Assembly: GCA_046583315.1 (NCBI GenBank)
Contig: JAYGCN010000328.1
Location: 1-15,316 of the forward strand
From: Candidatus Hydrogenedentota bacterium
GTDB taxonomy: Bacteria; Hydrogenedentota; Hydrogenedentia; Hydrogenedentales; GCA-2746185
Direction: 5' to 3'
Length of the DNA stretch: 15,316 bases
A model generated the notes under the pieces. It saw nothing but the letters and a program-made list of their open reading frames with translations. It ran no database searches and was not told the DNA's origin. Numbering within the stretch: the first letter of the stretch is position 1; each line of letters opens with the position of its first letter. Positions 1 through 7,745 of this stretch are shown piece by piece. The position numbers and the translations under genes are program-made.

Positions 1-124
1 CCTCCACGCCTTGGGACTCGCCCGGGAAGTGGGCATCCGCCAATACCAGCTCATCCCCGTGGCCCATCGCGTAGATTGTAGTCAGTAATTCCGGGCTGAA
101 TAGTGATGAGATCCCTACCAACAT
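1..124 (-). CDS. fucU: L-fucose mutarotase (RbsD/FucU family), 5' part; runs off the window edge
   Basis: Manual translation from ATG at 124: MLVGISSLFSPELLTTIYAMGHGDELVLADAHFPGESQGVE, which has the FucU N-terminal signature SPELL...MGHGDE.V.ADAHFP. A GGAG RBS overlaps the TAG stop of the upstream dehydratase gene. Not in the ORF track. Confidence 0.92.
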   Translation of the reverse strand, partial: MLVGISSLFSPELLTTIYAMGHGDELVLADAHFPGESQGVE

Positions 125-133
125 TTGCCGCTC

Positions 134-1432
134 CTACGCTAATTCCGCCTGCCAAATCGCGCCATCGGGGTACGAATAGTCCCGTATGGACGTGGGTTTC
201 ATCTCTATACTATACCCCGGGCGCCGTGGAGCCAAATAGTTCCCGCCGCGCATCTGAATGGGGTCGAGGAAGTGCTCGTGGAGGTGGTCGACGTATTCGA
301 TCATGCGGCCCTCCTGCGAACCGGAAGTGGCGATGTAGTCGAACATGGAAAGATGCTGGACGTATTCGCAGAGACCTACCCCGCCGGCATGGGGGCATAC
401 GGGGATTTCGAATTTTGCCGCCATTAACATGATCGCGAGATTCTCGTTTACGCCTCCGACCCGGCAGCTATCGATCTGGCAAACGTCGATGGCTTCGAGC
501 TGCATGAGCTGCTTGAACATGATGCGATTCTGGCAATGTTCGCCTGTTGCGACTTTAACGGGGGAAACAGTTTTGCGAATCAACATGTGGCCCAATAGGT
601 CATCGGGACTTGTCGGTTCCTCGATCCAATACGGATCATATTCTTTCAGTGCGTGCATCCAATCGATCGCTTCGTTAACACCCCAGATTTGATTCGCATC
701 CATCATCAGCAAATTGTCGGGTCCGATTTCTTCGCGAATGATTGCCGCTCGCCGTCTATCTTGATCCAGATCGCGCCCGACTTTCATCTTGAAGGCCGTC
801 CATCCTTCCGCGAGCGCTTCTCGGCAGAGCTGCCGAATTTTGTCATCCGAATAGCCAAGCCAACCGACAGAGGTCGTATACGCGGGATAGCCGTTGGCGA
901 GCAGAAATTCTTCGCGGCGTTGCTTGCTGGATTCGTTTGCGCTCAACATTTTGGTCGCCTCTTTCGGCGTGATCGCGTCAGTGATGTATCGAAAATCCAC
1001 GCACGCGACCAACTTTTCCGGTGTCATGTCCGCCAGCAATTTCCAGAGCGGTTTCTTCTCGACTTTCGCCCATAAATCCCACACAGCGTTGACCATCGCG
1101 CCCGTAGCGAGGTGCATGATGCCTTTTTCCGGTCCAAGCCATCGATATTGCGAATCGCCAGTTATATCACGCCAGAATTGCCCCATGTCGGAGGTGAAAT
1201 CGTCGAGTTTCTTGCCCAATACGAAGGGTTTCAGCGCATCAATCGCCTTCACGCAGATGTCGTTTCCGCGACCGATCGTGAAGGTTAGCCCGTGGCCTTC
1301 GAGTTCGGAATCCGTCTTCAGAATCACGTAGGCCGCCGAGTAATCCGGGTCGGCATTCATCGCGTCCGAACCGTCCAACGTCTTTGATGTCGGGAAACGA
1401 ATGTCGTGTGTTGTGATGTCTGTGATCGTCAT
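134..1432 (-). CDS. fucD: L-fuconate dehydratase (enolase superfamily, rTS-beta/ENOSF1-like)
   Basis: 432 aa. Family motifs DIRFPTS..LDGSDAMN.DPDYSAAYV, GLTFTIGRGN, RWLGPEKG, KMKVG (KxK), MMDANQ, WIEEPTSPDD, ATGEH, CPHAGGVGLCE, EYVDHLHEHF. Lies between an FAH-family gene and fucU. Confidence 0.93.
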   Translation of the reverse strand: MTITDITTHDIRFPTSKTLDGSDAMNADPDYSAAYVILKTDSELEGHGLTFTIGRGNDICVKAIDALKPFVLGKKLDDFTSDMGQFWRDITGDSQYRWLGPEKGIMHLATGAMVNAVWDLWAKVEKKPLWKLLADMTPEKLVACVDFRYITDAITPKEATKMLSANESSKQRREEFLLANGYPAYTTSVGWLGYSDDKIRQLCREALAEGWTAFKMKVGRDLDQDRRRAAIIREEIGPDNLLMMDANQIWGVNEAIDWMHALKEYDPYWIEEPTSPDDLLGHMLIRKTVSPVKVATGEHCQNRIMFKQLMQLEAIDVCQIDSCRVGGVNENLAIMLMAAKFEIPVCPHAGGVGLCEYVQHLSMFDYIATSGSQEGRMIEYVDHLHEHFLDPIQMRGGNYLAPRRPGYSIEMKPTSIRDYSYPDGAIWQAELA

Positions 1433-1441
1433 ATCGTTTCG

Positions 1442-2296
1442 CTACACGGGCTCGACGACGGTTTGTTGCGCCGTGCCGAGACCTTCGATGCCGTACTCGA
1501 TGACGTCGCCCACATTGAGGTAACGAGGCGGATCAAAACCAAGCCCCACGCCTGGAGGTGTGCCCGTGCTGACAACATCGCCCGGTAGCAATGTCATGTA
1601 GTGACTCAACATTTCGATTTGATACGCGACATCATAAACCATGTACGACGTGCTTCCATTCTGTCGGTATTCGCCGTTTACTTTCAGCCAGATATCGAGA
1701 TTCAGGTAGTCGTGTACTTCATCCGGCGTGACCAGTTCCGGGCCGAGTGGCGCGAAGGTGTCGCAGCTTTTTCCTTTGACCCATTGACCACTTGTTTCCA
1801 GCTGGAATGCGCGTTCGGAGTAGTCGTTGTGCAGACAGAATCCCGCGACGTGATCCATCGCGTTTTCCTGTTTAACGTAGCTGGCCTTCTTACCGATGAC
1901 GTAGGCGAGTTCAATTTCGTAATCGAGTTTTGTGCCACCGCGCGGCATGATGAGATTGTCTTCGGGTCCGCAACATGATGATGAGGCCTTGAAGAAAATC
2001 ACGGGTTCATCGGGTACTTCCATACCGCTTTCCTTGGCATGATCGCTGTAGTTCAGGCCGATGCAGACAATCTTGCTTGGACGGGTGGTAGGGGGACCAA
2101 GTCGTGTAGTTTCAGGAACTTGCGGGGCCGATGAGCCGTTGGCATCCACCCATTCCCGAAGCCGTATCGGCGCGTCTCCGCCGAAGAATGTTTCGTCGTA
2201 ATCCTGACCAAATCCTGAGGTATCGATGCGTGTTCCGTCGGACAGTACCACGCCCGGTTTCTCCGAACCTGCATCGCCAAATCGTATCAGTCTCAT
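1442..2296 (-). CDS. Fumarylacetoacetate hydrolase family protein, probably 2,4-diketo-3-deoxy-L-fuconate hydrolase
   Basis: 284 aa with KIVCIGLNY, DYEIEL, HNDYSER, WVKGKSCDTFAPLGP and LLPGDVVSTGTPPGVG. AAGGA RBS; 9 bp from fucD. The substrate is inferred from gene context. Confidence 0.88.
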   Translation of the reverse strand: MRLIRFGDAGSEKPGVVLSDGTRIDTSGFGQDYDETFFGGDAPIRLREWVDANGSSAPQVPETTRLGPPTTRPSKIVCIGLNYSDHAKESGMEVPDEPVIFFKASSSCCGPEDNLIMPRGGTKLDYEIELAYVIGKKASYVKQENAMDHVAGFCLHNDYSERAFQLETSGQWVKGKSCDTFAPLGPELVTPDEVHDYLNLDIWLKVNGEYRQNGSTSYMVYDVAYQIEMLSHYMTLLPGDVVSTGTPPGVGLGFDPPRYLNVGDVIEYGIEGLGTAQQTVVEPV

Positions 2297-2361
2297 ACGG
2301 TATCCTTTAACGGCTCATCTTTATTGTTGGATGACATTCGTTCATACTAAGATCAACATGA

Positions 2362-2392
2362 AGTATACGATACTACGAGGGTGTTCTGTAAA
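2362..2392 (-). promoter_or_regulatory. Candidate sigma70 promoter for the fucose catabolic genes
   Basis: Minus strand reads TTTACA (2392-2387), N19, TATACT (2367-2362) in the AT-rich intergenic region. The spacer is longer than optimal. Confidence 0.4.
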
Positions 2393-2453
2393 CCGAATTC
2401 AATGGATTTACATAGGACATCCGATGCCTTTTATCGGGCTTGCAAACACAGGC

Positions 2454-3320
2454 TTAGGCGACGTTGAAGGATTCGATGTTGTTGGGTGTTTTGCGGAAGA
2501 GGCGGATGTCGCCGTAGCTGGAATGCTGATTCAGCGTGATGAGATTCATCCGGCACAGCTCGAGAATGGCGAGGAAGGTGCAGATGATCTCGACTTTGCC
2601 TTTGCAGGTTTTCAGCAGATCGAGCCATTCAACGCTGTCTTGAATTTCGAGCACGGCCTGGATGTAGTCCACTTTTTCATCCACCGAGGATTCTTCTTCC
2701 TCGACAATGTGGACCACGTCTTCTTTTAGATAGCGCAGCACATTCTTGAAGGCCTGGGTCAGGTCGAAGAGCGTCGCATCAATATATTCCGCATCCGGGT
2801 CGGGTCCAAGGTCTTTTATATTTGGCTTGGCATTGCGCATAAACCAGTTTGAACGTTCTTCCTCGAGATTTTTCAGCCGTGCTGCCACATCGCGATACAT
2901 ACGATAGGCGATCAGTTTCTCAACCAGCTCCATGCGCGGGTCGCCTTCGTCGATTTCTTCGTCATCTTCATCGGCTTCAACGGGAATCAGCATTTTCGAC
3001 TTAATCTGGATGAGCGTTGCGGCGGTCACCAGATAGTCTCCGGCCACTTCGAGGTTCTGTTCCTCCATTAATTCGAGGAACTTCATGTATTGTTCGGTGA
3101 TCTTGAGGATGGGGATATTGAAGATATCGATTTCCTGCGATTTGATCAGGTACAGCAGGACTTCCAGCGGGCCTTCGAATTCGTCCAAATGCAGGCGCAA
3201 GACCTCATCGGTTGCCTCATCCACGATGAAATCGGCATTCGTGGGCGTTTTTGTCGGCTCATTCACGACCGGCTCCGTTTGATTTTCGACTTCTTCCATC
3301 GATTCCTGTACTTGAGACAT
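2454..3320 (-). CDS. scpA: Segregation/condensation protein A (kleisin subunit of SMC-ScpAB)
   Basis: FEGPLEVLLYLIKSQEIDIFNIPILKITEQY, YLVTAATLIQIKSKMLIP, DPRMELVEKL and C-terminal TFLAILEL. Start is ATG 3320 (AGGGGG upstream) or GTG 3356. Confidence 0.93.
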   Translation of the reverse strand: MSQVQESMEEVENQTEPVVNEPTKTPTNADFIVDEATDEVLRLHLDEFEGPLEVLLYLIKSQEIDIFNIPILKITEQYMKFLELMEEQNLEVAGDYLVTAATLIQIKSKMLIPVEADEDDEEIDEGDPRMELVEKLIAYRMYRDVAARLKNLEEERSNWFMRNAKPNIKDLGPDPDAEYIDATLFDLTQAFKNVLRYLKEDVVHIVEEEESSVDEKVDYIQAVLEIQDSVEWLDLLKTCKGKVEIICTFLAILELCRMNLITLNQHSSYGDIRLFRKTPNNIESFNVA

Positions 3321-3603
3321 CGCGCGCAATCCCCCTGCAAGAGACTGGTTCCTCACAGCAGAAACCCCCCGTTCTCTTGTGAATTAGATTACAGCATGAT
3401 CAAGAGGAATGTCTAGGGGAAATGTGAGTAACTTGGGGATATTGTGTTCGATTGTCTACAATTTACCTTCAATATATAGACTTTTCGCGTATCCTGTAAC
3501 CGGGGACTACTTTTTAATCACTAGCTAATAAAACAGCCCTGCGGATCGTTTAAAGAACGCGGGAAATCACTTCAACGCTGTATCAACGATCAGGAGAAGA
3601 ACC

Positions 3604-4302
3604 ATGCAAGCAACACTAAATGTAGTATTCAGATCGCCGGGACGCATAGGCATGTGCGCAATCATTGTCATGACGTGCCTCATCACGATCAAAGCACAGG
3701 CGCAACGCGGAGGCGGCCCCAGGTTAGCACCGGAAAAACTGGACGCGGCGTGGTCGGCCGAAGCCAGTGGTGTCGCCCGCGAAAACGGTGTATCCGCCGA
3801 CAATACCGCCAAGCTCGTCGCGGCTTACAAGGTCAGTCGTGAAGCGCAAGGCAAGGAAATGCAGGAAATGATGGCCACGGCACAGCGCGGTCCCGGCATG
3901 TTTCAGGAAATGATGGAGATTAGCGAATCGCAAGCGGCTACTTTGCGCAAAAATGTTTCTGCGTTCCTGAGCGACAAAGAGATTGAAGGGGTCATGACCT
4001 CCCTGGGTTCCTACAATCGCAGTTGGGATCGGTTTGTGGATACCTTGCTGGGCTTTGAGCTGAAGGAAGAGGATAATTTTAAGGCACTGGCTCTGATCGC
4101 GAATTATGTGATGGAATCCGACAAAGCGCGAGCAGAAGCCATCGCCGCGATGGACTTCGAAAGCATGCGAGTGGCTTCGCAAGAGCTCAAGGGTATGCTG
4201 GATCTGGCGATAGGCGGCCTGCTTTCCGATGAACAGATCATCGTCTGGAATGAGGCTACTCAACAACGGCGCAGAGGCGGTGGGGGCGGTCAGCGAAACT
4301 AG
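3604..4302 (+). CDS. Secreted alpha-helical hypothetical protein with two Spy/CpxP (LTXXQ)-like halves
   Basis: 232 aa, AGGAG RBS, signal-peptide-like N-terminus ending AQA|Q, Met/Ala/Glu-rich helices ending FLSDKE and LLSDEQ, Arg/Gly-rich termini, followed by a terminator. The CDS is solid; the family call is tentative. Confidence 0.7.
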   Translation: MQATLNVVFRSPGRIGMCAIIVMTCLITIKAQAQRGGGPRLAPEKLDAAWSAEASGVARENGVSADNTAKLVAAYKVSREAQGKEMQEMMATAQRGPGMFQEMMEISESQAATLRKNVSAFLSDKEIEGVMTSLGSYNRSWDRFVDTLLGFELKEEDNFKALALIANYVMESDKARAEAIAAMDFESMRVASQELKGMLDLAIGGLLSDEQIIVWNEATQQRRRGGGGGQRN

Positions 4303-4321
4303 ATAAACGACGTCTTATGAT

Positions 4322-4360
4322 GGGCCGACATCCATTGGGATGTTGGCCCTTTTTTGTTTT
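4322..4360 (+). terminator. Rho-independent terminator
   Basis: Stem GGGCCGACATCC (4322-4333), loop ATTG, stem GGATGTTGGCCC (4338-4349) with one G-U pair, followed by TTTTTTGTTTT; begins about 20 nt after the stop codon. Confidence 0.9.
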
Positions 4361-4392
4361 AACGGGCGTGGAATTTGGAGCGAAGGCGCGCG

Positions 4393-4421
4393 TTGTTCTT
4401 TCCGTTCTAGCGTGCTATGCT
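4393..4421 (+). promoter_or_regulatory. Candidate sigma70 promoter for the metallophosphoesterase
   Basis: TTGTTC (4393-4398), N17, TATGCT (4416-4421), with an extended -10 TG. Confidence 0.5.
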
Positions 4422-4465
4422 GATTCCGGTTTTGGCATGCATTCAACCTGAAAGAACTTGAACCC

Positions 4466-6010
4466 ATGAAACCTTTCATTCAATTGACGCTCGCTACTGT
4501 ATTCACCTGCACCGTCGCCGCCTCGGCCTGGTCGGCTTCCGTCGCCAAAGGCATCGTCTTCCACGACAAAAACGGCAACGGCGAAAGCAACGGTGGAGAA
4601 GATCGTCTCGCTGGTGTAGCCGTGTCAAACGGTGTCGACGTAGTGCAAACAGACCTCAAAGGGCGTTACGAAATTCCGGTCACGGAGGACACCATCGTCT
4701 TCGTTGTGAAACCGAGCGGTTGGCGTACTCCTCAATCCGACACGGGCATCTCGCGATTTTACTACAACCACAAACCCGCAGGGTCGCCGCGCCTGGAAGC
4801 GAAGTATCCGACCATCGAACCCACGGGCAAGCTGCCCAGACATATCGATTTTCCGCTGTATCCACAGAAGGAGCCGGATACCTTCAAAATGATCGCCTTC
4901 GGTGATACCCAGCCACGAAATCAACAAGAGGTCGATTATATTGCGCACGATGTCGTGCAGGAACTGGTCGGATTTGAAGCAGCATTCGGCATTACGCTGG
5001 GCGATGTTGTCTTTAACAACCTGAGTCTCTACAAACCGTTGGAGCAGTTGCTCGCCACCATTGGCGTGCCGTGGTACAACGTTCATGGCAATCACGACCT
5101 CAATCTCAAATCGCCGGACGATGCGAATTCGGACGAGACCTGGGAATATTACTATGGCCCGAGTTACTACTCCTTTGATTATGGTCAAGTGCATTTCGTG
5201 AACCTTGACGACATCGCGTGGAACGGCGAGGGGTATCATGGCGAGCTTGGAGCGAATCAGCTCGCATTCCTAAAAAATGATCTCGCGCTGGTGCCCAAAG
5301 ACAAGCTCGTTGTGCTCATGATGCACATCCCGCTCACCAGTATCGATGATAAGGAAGCCGTTTACGACATCCTCGACGGTCATCCGAACAACTTCAGTAT
5401 CTCGGCACATTGGCATCGACAGGCCCATTACTTCGTCGACGAAGAGGGTGGCTGGAAAGGCGAAGGGGAACATCACCATCTGGTCCACGCCACCGTTTGC
5501 GGCTCATGGTGGTCCGGCGTGGTGGACGAAAACGGCATTCCTCATGCGACCATGGCCGACGGTGCGCCGAACGGATACTCCATCGTTACCTTTAGCGGTA
5601 GTGACTACTCAATTCGATTCAAGGCCGCACGTCGATCGGCTGATCACCAGATGAACATCTACGCGCCCGAAGTAATTCAATCCGCAGACGCTTCGAACAC
5701 GCAAATCGTGGCCAATGTATTCGCCGGGTCGGAGCGATCGACGGTTGAGATGCGGTTGGGCGAATCGGGCGATTGGACGAAGATGGTCCTAACGCCGATG
5801 GCCGATCCCTACTACGCGAAAATGAAAGCGTTGGAGCCGCTCATGCCTAAAGAGGCTGGTCGCACCTTGCCTAACACAGCCAACTCGACGCACATCTGGA
5901 CGGCCAATCTCTCCGGCACGCCCCCACCGGGCCTGCACCTTATCCACGTGCGCACGACGGATATGTTTGGACAGACCTACACCGACCAACGCTCCATTCG
6001 CGTGGAATAG
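4466..6010 (+). CDS. Secreted calcineurin-like metallophosphoesterase with N- and C-terminal accessory domains
   Basis: 514 aa. Signal peptide (…AASAWS), N-terminal G.VFHDKNGNG…GVAVSNG module, metal motifs GDTQP, LGDVV, GNHD, MHIP, AHWH, and C-terminal CGSWWSG…DGAPNGY. Confidence 0.88.
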   Translation: MKPFIQLTLATVFTCTVAASAWSASVAKGIVFHDKNGNGESNGGEDRLAGVAVSNGVDVVQTDLKGRYEIPVTEDTIVFVVKPSGWRTPQSDTGISRFYYNHKPAGSPRLEAKYPTIEPTGKLPRHIDFPLYPQKEPDTFKMIAFGDTQPRNQQEVDYIAHDVVQELVGFEAAFGITLGDVVFNNLSLYKPLEQLLATIGVPWYNVHGNHDLNLKSPDDANSDETWEYYYGPSYYSFDYGQVHFVNLDDIAWNGEGYHGELGANQLAFLKNDLALVPKDKLVVLMMHIPLTSIDDKEAVYDILDGHPNNFSISAHWHRQAHYFVDEEGGWKGEGEHHHLVHATVCGSWWSGVVDENGIPHATMADGAPNGYSIVTFSGSDYSIRFKAARRSADHQMNIYAPEVIQSADASNTQIVANVFAGSERSTVEMRLGESGDWTKMVLTPMADPYYAKMKALEPLMPKEAGRTLPNTANSTHIWTANLSGTPPPGLHLIHVRTTDMFGQTYTDQRSIRVE

Positions 6011-6075
6011 CCGTAATTTGGGTGTCTTATTTTTGATTACATTCGGCACAGTAAACCTGCCTGGAGGAATTGCAC

Positions 6076-7689
6076 ATGAACGGCCTGATTATGGATTACC
6101 AACTCACTTTGGACGGCGTATTGCGTCGCGCGGAACAGCATTTTCACCGCAAAGAGATTGTCACGCGTCTGCCGGACAAGAGTTTTCATCGCTATAACTA
6201 CCGCGATATGGCCTTGCGTGCGAAGAAGCTGGCTTCGGCATTGCGACGATTGGGCATCAAAGAATCCGACGCGGTCGGCACCATGTGCTGGAACCATTAT
6301 CAGCATCTGGAATGTTATTTCGGGATTCCCATCATAGGGGGAATCTTGCATACGCTGAATATTCGGCTCCACCCGGACGATCTTGAATACATCATCAACG
6401 ATGCCGACGACAAGGCGATCATCGTCGATGAATCACTATTGCCGTTGCTGGATGAAGTTCGAGACAAAATCAAGACGCAACACATCATCGTCATCAGTGC
6501 CGGCGGCGACCTTCCAGAGGGCGCGCTGGACTACGAAGAATTGCTCGCGGCGGAAGATGACGCGGCATACGAGCAAATCGAACTGGACGAAAAAATGGCC
6601 GCGGCCATGTGTTACACGTCGGGTACCACAGGTAAACCCAAAGGAGTCTTGTACTCACATCGCTCGATGGTGCTGCATTCTCTGGGCGCTGCATTGCCTG
6701 ATGCCATTGAGGTACGTGAAGCAGACTGTATTCTCCCTGTCGTGCCGATGTTCCACGCGAACTCCTGGGGCCTACCTTATGCCGCGGCGATGGCTGGACC
6801 GAAACTGGTTTTCCCGGGACCGCATCTTGATCCGGAAAGTTTACTACAGGCCTTTGAGCAGGAAGAAGTGACCATGACCGCGGGTGTTCCGACTATCTGG
6901 AACGCGTTGCTCGCGGCGTTGGATGCGGAACCGAACAAATACAAATTGAAGATACGCAGAATGATCGTGGGTGGCTCTGCGGTGCCGGTCAGCATGATCA
7001 AAAACTTCGAGGAACGGCACGGACTGAGCATCGTGCAGGCCTGGGGTATGACGGAAATGTCGCCCATCGGCACCATTTCGAACATGAACGCGGAGATTGC
7101 CCAGATGGACAATGAGACCCAGTACGAGTATCGCGCGATGCAGGGCACACCGATTCCGCTGGTCGAGATTCGCGGTCGCGGTGATGAGGGCTTGATACCC
7201 TGGGACGGTAAATCGATGGGAGAGTTGGAAGTGCGTGGATCGTGGATCGCCAGCGCGTACTATAATCGCCCGGACGCCGCCGATCGCTTCACCGACGACG
7301 GCTGGTTCAAGACGGGCGACATCGTGACCATCGACGACATCGGGTACGTGAAGATTCAGGACCGCAGCAAAGACCTCGTGAAATCCGGTGGCGAATGGAT
7401 CAGCTCGGTGGACCTCGAAAACGCCATCATGGGTCACCCCGCCGTTGCCGAGGCCGCCGTCATCGCGATACCGCATCCGAAATGGGATGAACGTCCGCTG
7501 GCTGCCGTCGTGGTCAAAGAAGGCGAATCGGTCACTGCAGACGAAATTAAAGAATACCTCACCGACCTCGTCGCGAAGTGGTGGATTCCCGATGCGGTCG
7601 AGTTTATCGATGAAGTCCCGAAGACCTCGGTCGGGAAATTCAAGAAGACTGCACTGCGCGAAATGTTTGAGGGCTATACTTTTGATTAA
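6076..7689 (+). CDS. Medium/long-chain fatty-acid--CoA ligase (AlkK/DmdB-like subfamily)
   Basis: AMP-binding motif YTSGTTGKPKG, plus VVPMFHANSWG, WGMTE, TGD, DRSKDLVKSGGEWISSVDLEN and PKTSVGK. GGAGG at 6063-6067 favours ATG 6076 over TTG 6070. Confidence 0.92.
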   Translation: MNGLIMDYQLTLDGVLRRAEQHFHRKEIVTRLPDKSFHRYNYRDMALRAKKLASALRRLGIKESDAVGTMCWNHYQHLECYFGIPIIGGILHTLNIRLHPDDLEYIINDADDKAIIVDESLLPLLDEVRDKIKTQHIIVISAGGDLPEGALDYEELLAAEDDAAYEQIELDEKMAAAMCYTSGTTGKPKGVLYSHRSMVLHSLGAALPDAIEVREADCILPVVPMFHANSWGLPYAAAMAGPKLVFPGPHLDPESLLQAFEQEEVTMTAGVPTIWNALLAALDAEPNKYKLKIRRMIVGGSAVPVSMIKNFEERHGLSIVQAWGMTEMSPIGTISNMNAEIAQMDNETQYEYRAMQGTPIPLVEIRGRGDEGLIPWDGKSMGELEVRGSWIASAYYNRPDAADRFTDDGWFKTGDIVTIDDIGYVKIQDRSKDLVKSGGEWISSVDLENAIMGHPAVAEAAVIAIPHPKWDERPLAAVVVKEGESVTADEIKEYLTDLVAKWWIPDAVEFIDEVPKTSVGKFKKTALREMFEGYTFD

Positions 7690-7701
7690 CCGCTTCCCGC
7701 C

Positions 7702-7731
7702 GTTCTTTCTTCTTGGAAAAGAAGAAAGAAC
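7702..7731. repeat. Perfect 13-bp inverted repeat between convergent genes; possible bidirectional terminator or REP-like element
   Basis: GTTCTTTCTTCTT (7702-7714), GGAA, AAGAAGAAAGAAC (7719-7731). Confidence 0.75.
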
Positions 7732-7745
7732 CAAAGAAGAATCGA

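Noticed and set aside
2226..2729. 167-aa plus-strand ORF spanning the FAH-scpA spacer
   Set aside because: It is antisense to two real genes, lacks motifs and crosses the probable promoter region.
6076..7689. Specific call as DMSP-pathway dmdB or as an NRPS adenylation domain
   Set aside because: No dmdA/C/D, carrier-protein or condensation genes are nearby, and the subfamily motifs do not fix the substrate.
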